Source of the DNA: an uncultured Fibrobacteria bacterium
GTDB taxonomy: Bacteria; Fibrobacterota; Fibrobacteria; UBA11236
Direction of reading: 5' to 3'
DNA length: 64,000 bases
Assembly (NCBI GenBank): GCA_963716395.1
Contig: OY970309.1
Coordinates: 1,536,001-1,600,000, forward strand
The first letter of the stretch is position 1. Every line of letters starts with the position of its first letter. The position numbers and the translations under genes are program-made. This document shows, in pieces, positions 1 through 9,196 of this stretch. The notes under the pieces were generated by a model that saw only the letters and a list, made by a program, of their open reading frames with translations, was not told where the DNA came from and did not search any database.

Positions 1-16
1 GCGCGTGAACTCATGG

Positions 17-805
17 TCACGACGATGCCGAAGCATAGGCGCGCACTCCGCGATTCCAGACCCAGAGCGTGATACAGGCGAAAGTCGCGAGTACGCCCAG
101 CAATTGACCCAGCACCCAGATGTCAAAGGGTTCGAGCAATAGCCGTGTGGGAAACGAAGCCATGAGGCCGAAGGGCAGCGCCACCGTCAAAAGCAGCCGC
201 GCCCAGCCGCGGTAAATGCGATCGGGCCTTTCCATGAACCGGGTCAGGTTGTAAAACAGGCCGTGCAAAGCCTGGCCCGAATGCGTCCAGAAAGCCGGAA
301 GAATGGTGAGAAGATGCACGCAATAGTAGAGGAGGCTGCCGGCCAACAGCAGCGCCGCAAAGGCCAACAACCTTCCCGGTCCCAGCGGTGCGGGATAGGT
401 GGCCAGGGCCCAGGTCGCGATGCCGGCCGCGCAGGCGAGATTCAAAAATGAATTGAAGGCGAAGCTGCGCAGGCTGACGAAGAACAGCGACGATACCGGT
501 CGCACCAGGTAATAGTCGAGGTCGCCCTGGTTGATCAAATTCGGGATGAGCCACAAGTTGTCAGAAAACACCGTCATATGCACGGCATCGATCACGATGT
601 AGGCGGCCACGAATACGCGCATCTGATGCAGGTTCCAGCCGGCCAGCAGCGGGATTTGCAAAAACAGAATATGGAAAAAGGCGAGGGCCACGGCGTAATA
701 GGCCAGGTCCATGAAGACCCGGAAAAAAAAGTCGAGGCGGAACTCCAGCGAACGGCTGGCGGAGAAGCGCACGAAGCAGGCGTAGAGGCGCAGATAGCGG
801 CGCAT
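17..805 (-). CDS. ABC-2 family exporter permease (DUF990-like)
   Basis: Multi-TM protein starting MRRYLRLY, with G-D-L-D-x-x-L-x-R-P-V motif (GDLDYYLVRPV). Third gene of an ATPase-permease-permease trio. Confidence 0.85.
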   Translation of the reverse strand: MRRYLRLYACFVRFSASRSLEFRLDFFFRVFMDLAYYAVALAFFHILFLQIPLLAGWNLHQMRVFVAAYIVIDAVHMTVFSDNLWLIPNLINQGDLDYYLVRPVSSLFFVSLRSFAFNSFLNLACAAGIATWALATYPAPLGPGRLLAFAALLLAGSLLYYCVHLLTILPAFWTHSGQALHGLFYNLTRFMERPDRIYRGWARLLLTVALPFGLMASFPTRLLLEPFDIWVLGQLLGVLATFACITLWVWNRGVRAYASASS

Positions 806-806
806 A

Positions 807-1616
807 TCAAATTCCAACGCCAGCGAATTCGCGCGCGCCGCGCCGCCAAATCCAACGGGCCAGGGCCGTTAGCGCCAAGGTCCAGCAGGTCATGACGCCG
901 AACCCCACGGTGGCGTCGCGGGCCGAAGGCGTTTGCATGAGGCAACGCAGGGGAAACGACACCAGGTAAGGGAACGGCGTGTAGGTCAGTAACTTTCGGG
1001 TGACGGCGGGGAAAAATGCCAGCGGCAGCAGGCCGCCGCCCAAAAAATTCAGCACCATGCGGTTGAGGATCATCAGGCTCCAGACATTGTCGGCCCAGAA
1101 CGCCACCATTTCCAGGCAGGCGGCCAGCGCGAAGTACAGCGCGCTGCCGCATAGCGCGGCGGCGACGGCGAGCGCGCAGCCCAGGGCCGAGAAGTGAAAA
1201 GCCGGCGGGGCGCCCAGCGCCAGGAGAAACAGGGCCGCCACCACCGCCATTTGCCCGGCATAGACCGCGGTTTGGGCCAGCGAGGCCACATACTTGAAGC
1301 GAAAGAACCCGATCGGGTACAGCAGAAAACGGGTCAAGGTGCCGTTGTAAATCTCGTCGGAGATATGGCGCATCTCCGCGCCCATCACCACCCGTTCCAC
1401 CAGCGGAATCAAGAGGTAATACAGCGCCAGATCGCGCAGGGTGAAGCCGCCCAGGGTGTGCCGGCCGGTGTCGGCGAAAATCGCCGCCCACAGCAAAAAG
1501 GCCACGGCGAATTGCGACAGCGCCGTTCCCAGAAACCCGATCCAGAATTCGGCGCGGTAGGCGAAAACGCGTTTGCATTCGAGCGCGAACAGGCGCCAGG
1601 CCAAAACCGGCGTCAT
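807..1616 (-). CDS. ABC-2 family exporter permease
   Basis: C-terminal part of ORF 807..2396. Start MTPVLAW at 1616 overlaps the ATPase stop. Motifs AYRAEF, ISDEIYNGTL..LLYP, GGLLPLAFFP. Confidence 0.85.
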   Translation of the reverse strand: MTPVLAWRLFALECKRVFAYRAEFWIGFLGTALSQFAVAFLLWAAIFADTGRHTLGGFTLRDLALYYLLIPLVERVVMGAEMRHISDEIYNGTLTRFLLYPIGFFRFKYVASLAQTAVYAGQMAVVAALFLLALGAPPAFHFSALGCALAVAAALCGSALYFALAACLEMVAFWADNVWSLMILNRMVLNFLGGGLLPLAFFPAVTRKLLTYTPFPYLVSFPLRCLMQTPSARDATVGFGVMTCWTLALTALARWIWRRGAREFAGVGI

Positions 1617-2593
1617 GGCCGCTTGCGGATCAGGGCTTCGATGATGGAGCCGATGTCTTCTTCTTCGACGTTGAGATCGGCCACGGGCCGGGTCTGCAAC
1701 AGCCAGGCCGAGGCGGCGGCGGTTTGGGCGCGCAATACCTTGGCCTGCAGCATTCCCGGCGCGCGCGCCGTCGTTTCCCCCAGATCCGCCGGCAGGGGCG
1801 GCGGCGTTTCGCCCGCGGCGGCGTCCCAGCGCACCGTGATGCGTTTGTGCGTAGCGTAACGATCCAAAACCTGACGCAGCCCGCCGTCGTACACGATTTC
1901 GCCGGCGCGCACAATGGCGATGCGCTCGCACAGCCTTTCGATGTCCTCCATATAATGCGAGGTCAGGATCATGGCCGGTTGGCGCCGCGCCCGGTAATTG
2001 AGCAGAAAGTCGCGGATGGCCCGCTGCGCCGTGAGATCGAGCCCGATGGTTGGCTCGTCGAGAAACACCACCCGGGGCCGGTGCAACAGGGCCGCGATGA
2101 GTTCCATCTTCATGCGTTCGCCCAGGCTCAGCCGCCGGATTTGGGTGGTGAGACGATCGTGGATTTGCAGCGCCGCCGCCAGCTCTTCCAGCGATTCGCG
2201 GTATTCGCGTTCGGGCAGACGGTAGATCTCGCGCAGGAGCAGAAAGCCGTCGGCAGCCGGCAAATCCCACCACAACTGGGCTTTTTGGCCCATGAGCAGC
2301 GCGATTTGCCGGCGGAATGCGTAGCGCCGTTCCCAGGGCGTGAAACCCAGGACCTGCGCCGACCCCGAAGTGGGATGCAAGATGCCGGCCAGGCATTTGA
2401 CCAAGGTGGTTTTGCCCGCGCCGTTGGCGCCTACGATGCCGAGGATTTCCCCCGCGTCAACGCGCAGTGAAACCGATTTCAGGGCCGGCACTTCATTCCA
2501 TTGCCGGTGAAACAGTCCACGCACCGAAGGCCAAAACCCCGGCTCTTTGCGGTGCACGCGAAAGGTTTTACAGAGATCGCGGACTTCGATCAT
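1613..2593 (-). CDS. ABC transporter ATP-binding protein
   Basis: Walker A GANGAGKTT, signature LSLGERMK, Walker B VFLDEPT, H-loop TSH. Start MIEVRDL. Confidence 0.92.
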   Translation of the reverse strand: MIEVRDLCKTFRVHRKEPGFWPSVRGLFHRQWNEVPALKSVSLRVDAGEILGIVGANGAGKTTLVKCLAGILHPTSGSAQVLGFTPWERRYAFRRQIALLMGQKAQLWWDLPAADGFLLLREIYRLPEREYRESLEELAAALQIHDRLTTQIRRLSLGERMKMELIAALLHRPRVVFLDEPTIGLDLTAQRAIRDFLLNYRARRQPAMILTSHYMEDIERLCERIAIVRAGEIVYDGGLRQVLDRYATHKRITVRWDAAAGETPPPLPADLGETTARAPGMLQAKVLRAQTAAASAWLLQTRPVADLNVEEEDIGSIIEALIRKRP

Positions 2594-2654
2594 CGGCACA
2601 ATGAAACAATTTCGCGGGCCGGCTGCGCCCCGTTCCTGCAATTTTTGCCGAAAG

Positions 2655-3338
2655 TCAAGCTGCCCGTTTGCGGAGCGGCCGGGGAACGGACTTCTTTTTT
2701 GCCATCGGGGACATCACCCTGCGCACCACAAAACGAATGGCGCGTTGGACAAATTCCGGTTTTCGCATGTTGGGAAGATTGTCGCCCAGCCGTCCGCTGA
2801 ACTTGAGCATGACCAATCCGTAGGCCAGAGACCACAGCGCCGTCGCTGCCTCTTCGGCATTGCGGCGCGGGAGCAGCCCCTCCTGCACGCAGCGGTCAAC
2901 TGCCTTCCACAGCATGCCGAACGAGGCGCGGTTGGCGCGCTGGTAATCCGGATCTTTCAGGTTGAGCAAATCGGTGCGGTACATCATTTCGAAATGATGG
3001 GGATGGGTGAACGCGAATTCGACGTAGGCCGAGCCCATGGTTTCGAGCACTTCGATGCCGGTGCGCGGCGGCCGCCGAAGCCTGGCTTGTTCCACGGTGG
3101 CGGCCAGGCGCTCGAAACCTTCGATGGCGAAAGCGGTGAGCAGGCCGGCTTTGTTGCGAAAGTGGTGGGCGGGCGCGCTGTGCGAAACGCGCGCACGGCG
3201 GGCCGCGTAGCGCAGCGACAGGGCTTGCTGCCCGTCGGTGCGCAAAATTTCGCCGACGGCGTCGAGCAGGGCTTGGCGCAAAGCGCCGTGATGGTAACGC
3301 CCTTTTTTCGGAGGCGGTTCGGAATAGCGTTTCGGCAC
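2655..3338 (-). CDS. TetR/AcrR family regulator
   Basis: YHHGALRQALL...LSLRYAARRARVSHSAPAHHF HTH pattern. Lies upstream of the ABC exporter. GTG start inferred. Confidence 0.85.
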   Translation of the reverse strand: MPKRYSEPPPKKGRYHHGALRQALLDAVGEILRTDGQQALSLRYAARRARVSHSAPAHHFRNKAGLLTAFAIEGFERLAATVEQARLRRPPRTGIEVLETMGSAYVEFAFTHPHHFEMMYRTDLLNLKDPDYQRANRASFGMLWKAVDRCVQEGLLPRRNAEEAATALWSLAYGLVMLKFSGRLGDNLPNMRKPEFVQRAIRFVVRRVMSPMAKKKSVPRPLRKRAA

Positions 3339-3394
3339 GGGGCGAAGGTAGAAAAGGGTATTGCGCTTCGCCCGGAAAATTTGCCCGTGCGGCA

Positions 3395-4333
3395 TTATTT
3401 CGCCACGGGTGTGACGCCCGGTAATTTGCGGCCGTTCAGGCGATAGCCGCGCACCGCTTCTTCCCAGCCGGACGCGTCCGCCGCCGAACGTTTCCGTAGC
3501 GCCGGCGTTACCAGCGCCGCCGGCCCCGACACCGTCAAAGTGTCGACCAGTTGGGGCGGGCGATACGCCACCGGACAATAGGGCGGCGTATATTCGCAAT
3601 CCAGATGCTGCGAAGAGAACACCGGATATTTTCCTGCCGGCAGCGCGGGTGCGGCGTAGGACGGACCGAAGGGATGGAGATCGACCAGGCAAAGCCGGGC
3701 GGAATCGTTTTCGACCACGAACGAAGCAATCAGCGAATCATGCTGCTGGACGAGGGAGGTATGGGAAAACCAGGTGGGGCAATTTCCGTAATAGTTGTTG
3801 AGCAATTGCAAGGTGAAGGTGTCTTGGGCCACGACGCGGGTGGGGCGCAGAAACCATGAATCGGGCCCGGCGCTGTCGCCGACGGTCAAGGTGCCCGCCA
3901 GCACCGGAGCCGGAATGGCGATGGCGGTCAAACAGCGCGGCTCCGAGAAATAGCAGGCGGGATATTCCGAAGCGTAGACGGAATAGCGGCCTTTATCCAA
4001 AGCCGGCAAAGCGAACACCGGTCCGAACAAGGTGTCGGACCGGGAGCAGTGCGCCGTGGTGTCGTTTTGCGTTGTGAAACCAAGATTAATGGTGGAAGAG
4101 GAGATTGATACGGTGTCGTGGGAAAAGGCGTCGGCGCAGGTGAACTGGGAATCCTTCAAGGCCAGGTCGAACGGGAATCCCGCGCCGACCGAATCGGGCG
4201 CCAGCACATAGGGGTCGGCTGGGGCCGGTTGCGCCCCCAACCCCGAAATCGCCCAACCGACCGCTGCAACGGCGAGGCCGAAGCTCCGGGCGGCGGGTGG
4301 TCGAAGATTCCCATGTAGTCGCGGCAAAGTCAT
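3395..4333 (-). CDS. Secreted hypothetical protein with two tandem Cys-containing repeats
   Basis: Signal-peptide-like N-terminus, two ~110-aa repeats (FSH..FGP..PAL..G.Y..C..P.C..TLTV), C-terminal YRLNGRK tail. Confidence 0.7.
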   Translation of the reverse strand: MTLPRLHGNLRPPAARSFGLAVAAVGWAISGLGAQPAPADPYVLAPDSVGAGFPFDLALKDSQFTCADAFSHDTVSISSSTINLGFTTQNDTTAHCSRSDTLFGPVFALPALDKGRYSVYASEYPACYFSEPRCLTAIAIPAPVLAGTLTVGDSAGPDSWFLRPTRVVAQDTFTLQLLNNYYGNCPTWFSHTSLVQQHDSLIASFVVENDSARLCLVDLHPFGPSYAAPALPAGKYPVFSSQHLDCEYTPPYCPVAYRPPQLVDTLTVSGPAALVTPALRKRSAADASGWEEAVRGYRLNGRKLPGVTPVAK

Positions 4334-4500
4334 CGGCACCGGTCGGAAACAGGTACGCTTTAGTGATAATCTACTTCCGGGTCCTGCGCCGTTGATTTGA
4401 ACGGAAATTTTTGCAATTCCGGCCCGTTTCCGGAAAGTTTCACAAATGTTGCCGAAAACGACGGAAAGCAAAAAAATGGCACGCAGCGGAAACCGGGGCG

Positions 4501-5022
4501 TTACTCCCGTCGGCGTACCGCCTCTTCGACGCGCTGCAGCCAAGCGGCGAAAACCGGCAGCCGCAACCCCGAAGCAACGCTCAGGAGCAATCCGGCCCAG
4601 AAGGTGAGGGCCACTCCGGGCCCGGCGTGCATAAAGGGATAACCGGCGATTTCGCCTCCCGCCCAGTTCGCGCCGGCCAGGGCGGCAACTCCCGTCAGCA
4701 AACCCGGCCAGGGCGTCAAAACCGGCCACACGGCGGCGGCCAAGGCCACGCCTTCGGCCAGACCCAGCCAGCCGACGCGGCCGGCCCAGGCTTCGTCGCG
4801 CTGCACCCGTCCCTTGCGAGTTACCCAGGCGAGGATCTGCCCCGGGCCCCGCAGTTGTTCGCGCAAGTGCAGGGCGTCGGCGGAAATTCCCGCGCCTTGC
4901 GCCCAGGGCCGGAAGAAGGCGAAGAGCAAGAGAACCGCGGCCACAAGCTGAACTCCGCGCACCGCTTTGCGAATCCGGGATGCCGCTTCCGGTGGGGTGG
5001 CGTGTTCGTATTCGGAGTTCAT
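4501..5022 (-). CDS. Hypothetical membrane protein
   Basis: C-terminal part of ORF 4501..5556 with about four hydrophobic segments. Start MNSEYEH. Confidence 0.55.
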   Translation of the reverse strand: MNSEYEHATPPEAASRIRKAVRGVQLVAAVLLLFAFFRPWAQGAGISADALHLREQLRGPGQILAWVTRKGRVQRDEAWAGRVGWLGLAEGVALAAAVWPVLTPWPGLLTGVAALAGANWAGGEIAGYPFMHAGPGVALTFWAGLLLSVASGLRLPVFAAWLQRVEEAVRRRE

Positions 5023-5103
5023 GGCGCTTTTCCTGGTCCGCAATCCGCGGGCAGGTTTGCTAATATAAAAGCGGCTATTCTGTCGCAGCGGAGGGGGTTT
5101 CGC

Positions 5104-5682
5104 ATGTTGGATGCGCTGGCCTTGAACGTGGCGGGCATCCCGATGGACATCATCTCCTGGAAAAAGGCCGTCACCTTGTGGGCCTTGGGGCGGGCCGAGA
5201 TTCTCTCGGCTTATGAGAATCAATTCATCCACTCCCCGCGATTTTCCCTGCGCGCCCCGAGCGTGGTGCAATGCCTCGACATCAAAAGCATGCCGCGCAA
5301 TTTCACCCATGTGCTGCCGTTCACGCGCCGCAACCTCTACAGTCGCGATGGAGGCCGCTGCGTCTATTGCGCCCAAAAGGTTTCTTTTTCCAACTTCACC
5401 ATCGATCACGTGATCCCGCGCTGCCTGGGTGGCCACACCTCGTGGGAAAACGTCGTGGTGGCGTGTATGGGCTGCAATAACCGCAAAGGGAACCGGCGTC
5501 CGCGGCCCGGTGATTTGAAAATGCTGCACCAGCCGTTCGCCCCGCGTCTCACGCATGCGGCCCCGCGTAATCTCGTGGAAAAGCTCAGCTTTCGCGCCCC
5601 CCCCGTGGCCTGGAGCGCCTATATCTATTGGCGCATCGTCAGCGTTTCGGCCGCCACCGCCGTCGAAGCCGCTATCGCCTAA
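5104..5682 (+). CDS. HNH endonuclease (McrA-like)
   Basis: FTRRNLYSRDGGRCVYC...TIDHVIP..GG.TSWENVVVACMGCNNRKG. SD-like GGAGG upstream. Confidence 0.88.
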   Translation: MLDALALNVAGIPMDIISWKKAVTLWALGRAEILSAYENQFIHSPRFSLRAPSVVQCLDIKSMPRNFTHVLPFTRRNLYSRDGGRCVYCAQKVSFSNFTIDHVIPRCLGGHTSWENVVVACMGCNNRKGNRRPRPGDLKMLHQPFAPRLTHAAPRNLVEKLSFRAPPVAWSAYIYWRIVSVSAATAVEAAIA

Positions 5683-5774
5683 TTCGCACCTCGGGGGCTC
5701 CCCGCATTGGCAGGGGGGGGACCGGAGGTTATTTTCCGGCGGCGCCCATTCCGGAGCGCCGACTCCTTCAACCT

Positions 5775-6611
5775 ATGCAGTGGTTCCGCAAAGCCAAATC
5801 GGGCATTGGCACCTTGATCAAAAAGGATACGCCTGTCGATTTGTGGGTCAAATGCGAAGGCTGCAAAGAAGTGCTTTACCGCAAGGAATTGGCCCAGAAC
5901 CTGCATGTTTGCGAGCATTGCAATTACCACTTCCGCATCGGCGCCGGCGAATACGTCAAAATTCTGATGGATGAAGGCACCTGGCAGCCCATGGATGCCG
6001 GTCTGCGATCCATCGATCCCTTGAAATTCACCGCCAAGAAAAAGTACCGCGACAATCTGGCCGACGCCGAAAAGAACACCGGCGTGACTTCGGGCGTGGT
6101 GTCGGGCACCGGGGACATCCAGGGCCGCAAAGTGGCCATGGCCGTGATGGATTTCCGCTTCATCGGCGGCTCGATGGGTTCGGTCGAAGGCGAGAAAATC
6201 GCGCGCGTGTTCCGCAAAGCCGTGGAATTGGGCGCTCCCGCCGTGGTGGTTTCGGCCTCGGGCGGCGCGCGCATGCAAGAAGGGGCGCTTTCGCTGATGC
6301 AAATGGCCAGCACGGCGTCGGCTATCTCCCGATTGCAAGCGGCCTGTCTGCCCTATCTCTCGGTGCTCACCAATCCCACCATGGGCGGGGTCACCGCCAG
6401 CTTCGCCATGCTGGGCGACGTGAACATCGCCGAGCCCGGGGCCCTGATCGGCTTCGCCGGCGAGCGCGTTATTCGTGAAACCATACGCCAGGCTTTGCCG
6501 CCGGGTTTCCAGCGCGCCGAATTTCTGCTCGAAAAGGGCTTCGTCGACCGCATCGTATCCCGACCCGAGCTCAAAGACGTAATCGCACAATTGCTGACCC
6601 ATTTCGGCTGA
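5775..6611 (+). CDS. accD: Acetyl-CoA carboxylase carboxyltransferase beta subunit
   Basis: LWVKCxxC...CxxC zinc finger, FIGGSMGSV, SGGARMQEG, GGVTASFA, FQRAEFLL. Confidence 0.96.
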   Translation: MQWFRKAKSGIGTLIKKDTPVDLWVKCEGCKEVLYRKELAQNLHVCEHCNYHFRIGAGEYVKILMDEGTWQPMDAGLRSIDPLKFTAKKKYRDNLADAEKNTGVTSGVVSGTGDIQGRKVAMAVMDFRFIGGSMGSVEGEKIARVFRKAVELGAPAVVVSASGGARMQEGALSLMQMASTASAISRLQAACLPYLSVLTNPTMGGVTASFAMLGDVNIAEPGALIGFAGERVIRETIRQALPPGFQRAEFLLEKGFVDRIVSRPELKDVIAQLLTHFG

Positions 6612-6630
6612 GTCTCGCCGCAGAACCGCC

Positions 6631-7959
6631 ATGACGCGGATTTCATCATACGCCCAAGCCGTGGAATGGCTTTTCGCCCGCAATCAGTTCGCGATGAAAC
6701 TGGGTCTGGAGGGCCCGCGCCGCCTGCTGTCAGAGTTGGGCAACCCGCAACTGGGGCCGGTGTATGCCCATGTCGCCGGTACCAACGGCAAAGGCAGCGT
6801 CTGCGTCAATCTGGCCGCCCTGGTTGCGGCCTCGGGAACCAAGCGCGTGGGGCTGTACACGTCGCCCCATCTGGTGAGTTTTCGCGAACGCATTCGCGTG
6901 GACGGAACACCCATTTCGCCGGATTGGGTGACGCGTTGGCTGGACGAGAACATGCCCGTGCTCGAAGCTTTGAATCCCACCTATTTCGAATGCGTGACGG
7001 CCCTGGCCTTCGCTTATTTCGCGGCGCAGGATTGCCGGGCCGTGGTGCTGGAAACCGGCTTGGGAGGCCGTCTCGACGCCACCAACATCGTGACCCCCAA
7101 GGTCACGGTGATTACCTCGATCTCCTGGGATCACATGCAGGTTCTGGGCGACACTTTGGAGGCGATTTGGGGAGAGAAGCTCGGCATCGTGAAACCGGGC
7201 GTTCCATTGTGCATCGACGAATCCCGGCTCCACCTGGCCGCCCTGGCCGCCCGCGCCGCCGCCGCGGCGGCAGCGCCGCTCTGCAACCTGGCTGACCGCC
7301 TCACCCCCGAAACCGATGGATTACGGGTACAAGGACGTTACTCCGATTACTTTCTGGCCGCCGATTTGCGGCCCGAAGCCCACCAGCTCCGCAACGCGGC
7401 CCTGTCCTTGCTGGCCTTTGAAGCCTACCGGAGCGCGGCGCTTCCGCCGGCTTGGCTTTCGGCGCTGCGCACCGCGCGCATGCCCGGGCGCACGCAATGG
7501 CTTGCCGGCGAAGGCCGGCTGCCGGTTCTGCTCGACGGAGCGCATAATTCCGGCGGCATGGATTCGCTGTGCGGCTACCTGGCCGGGCTGGGCCGCGGCC
7601 GGCCGCGGTTTTTCTTCGCGGCCATGCGCGACAAAGAGGTGGCGGCGCTGTACCGCCGCCTGCGGGCGGTTTCGCACGACATCGTGTATCTCGAACTCGG
7701 CGATGCCTTTCCGCGCGCGCTGCGGGCTGACGAACTGCGCGCCCAGCTCAAGCCCGAAGAACTGCACGGTCTGCGCGTCGCCCCCGTCGCCTGGGAGGCG
7801 CTGGCGCCGCTCTTGCGGCCGGGGGAAGGCGCCGACTTCGCGGTGGTGTGCGGGTCGCTGTATTTGCTGGGCGAAGTGATTCCCAAGCTGCTGCCGCATT
7901 ACCGCGGGTTGGAGGAATTCGCGCAACTGCTGGCGGAGGAAGAGACGCATCCACGGTAA
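6631..7959 (+). CDS. folC: Folylpolyglutamate/dihydrofolate synthase
   Basis: HVAGTNGKGS, YTSPHL..FRERI, ETGLGGRLDATN, LDGAHN, GSLYL. Follows accD, the conserved gene order. Confidence 0.95.
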   Translation: MTRISSYAQAVEWLFARNQFAMKLGLEGPRRLLSELGNPQLGPVYAHVAGTNGKGSVCVNLAALVAASGTKRVGLYTSPHLVSFRERIRVDGTPISPDWVTRWLDENMPVLEALNPTYFECVTALAFAYFAAQDCRAVVLETGLGGRLDATNIVTPKVTVITSISWDHMQVLGDTLEAIWGEKLGIVKPGVPLCIDESRLHLAALAARAAAAAAAPLCNLADRLTPETDGLRVQGRYSDYFLAADLRPEAHQLRNAALSLLAFEAYRSAALPPAWLSALRTARMPGRTQWLAGEGRLPVLLDGAHNSGGMDSLCGYLAGLGRGRPRFFFAAMRDKEVAALYRRLRAVSHDIVYLELGDAFPRALRADELRAQLKPEELHGLRVAPVAWEALAPLLRPGEGADFAVVCGSLYLLGEVIPKLLPHYRGLEEFAQLLAEEETHPR

Positions 7960-8036
7960 CATTAGTGATACCTTTCCGGCGCGGTCCGCGAAAAGAGGCT
8001 GAAGATTCCGGGGGAATTTCGTAAATTCGCGGGACA

Positions 8037-8681
8037 ATGGAACGCGACACCGTGGAACTCATCGTCCGCTTTTTCGTCCTGACGGTCTCGCTGACGCTGC
8101 ATGAATTTGCGCATGCCTACTCGGCTCATCTTTGCGGCGACGACACCGCCGAGCAGATGGGGCGCATGACGCTCAACCCTCTGTCGCATCTCGATCCCAT
8201 CGGTTCGTTGATGATCCTCACCGGCATGCCGCTGGGTTGGGCCAAACCCGTGCCCATCGATCCCTTTCGCATGCGCGATCCCCGGCGCGACGGGGCCTTG
8301 GTGGCCCTGGCCGGACCGGCCATGAACTTCGCGCTGGGAATTCTGTTTTGCGGCATTTTTTCCTTCATGAGTTACCGGGCCGTGGGCACCGGCTGGTTCC
8401 AATTGCTGAGCCTGTTCATCGACATCAATTTCAGCCTGGCCATATTCAACTTGATTCCGCTGTACCCGCTCGACGGATCCCGGGTGCTGCCGCTGCTGCT
8501 GCCGCGCCACGCCGCCATGCGCTATGAGCAAACCATGGCCCGCTTGGGATTTTGGCCCGTGCTGCTTTTATTTCTGCTCGCAATTCCCGGCTTTCAGGGC
8601 CCCCTGAACTGGTGGTTCGATTTGTGGGGTCCGGTCTTACATCCCATTTATCGCCTTTTCGGCGTGCCCTCGTTCTGGTAA
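8037..8681 (+). CDS. Site-2 protease (M50 family)
   Basis: HEFAH zinc motif, AGPAMN, FNLIPLYPLDG. Confidence 0.92.
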   Translation: MERDTVELIVRFFVLTVSLTLHEFAHAYSAHLCGDDTAEQMGRMTLNPLSHLDPIGSLMILTGMPLGWAKPVPIDPFRMRDPRRDGALVALAGPAMNFALGILFCGIFSFMSYRAVGTGWFQLLSLFIDINFSLAIFNLIPLYPLDGSRVLPLLLPRHAAMRYEQTMARLGFWPVLLLFLLAIPGFQGPLNWWFDLWGPVLHPIYRLFGVPSFW

Positions 8682-8748
8682 GTCCGACGCAGTAGACAGT
8701 GCCCGGCCCGCGTAATTACTTTATGCGGCCCAATTGCGGGAGGAACTT

Positions 8749-9009
8749 GTGCCCAATCACGCATCTGCCAAGAAAGACGTACGCTCCTCGGAAAAAGCGC
8801 GGCTCGTCAACCGTGACGTGCGAACCGAGATCCGTACCAGTTTGAAAAAAGTGCGCACCGGCAATGCGGCCGATGCCGCGCGTGAACTCCCGAATCTGTT
8901 CACCTTGCTCGATCGCGCCGCGCGCCGGCACCAGGGCGGCATCACCAAGAACTCCGCGTCCAATTACAAACGCAAAGCGCAAAAAGCGGTTGCGACCCGC
9001 CCGCAATAA
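8749..9009 (+). CDS. rpsT: 30S ribosomal protein S20
   Basis: (M)PNHASAKKDVR..N...RTEIRT..KK...LDRAA...KN. GGAGG SD upstream of a GTG start. Confidence 0.92.
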   Translation: MPNHASAKKDVRSSEKARLVNRDVRTEIRTSLKKVRTGNAADAARELPNLFTLLDRAARRHQGGITKNSASNYKRKAQKAVATRPQ

Positions 9010-9196
9010 TTTTTGCCCGCCAATTTTTCTCCGCCATTCCCCCGAACCGTTTCCGAAACGGTAAATCGCGACGGACTTTGGTTGCCTCCTCCAGCGTGGC
9101 TTATTAAGACCGGCGGCGGAGAAGCCTAGGCGAGAATTTTCCAGCGGCGGGAAGATTAGTTTTCGAAAATCAACCGTTTTGCAAAGGCAGGATTTC

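Noticed and set aside
4340-4495. Cluster of CGGAAA/TTTCCG words as a regulator binding array
   Set aside because: Short, irregularly spaced, and common elsewhere in the window.
5104-5682. HNH nuclease as part of a defence or mobile system
   Set aside because: Stand-alone, host-like GC, embedded among housekeeping genes, with no methylase, intron or mobile context.
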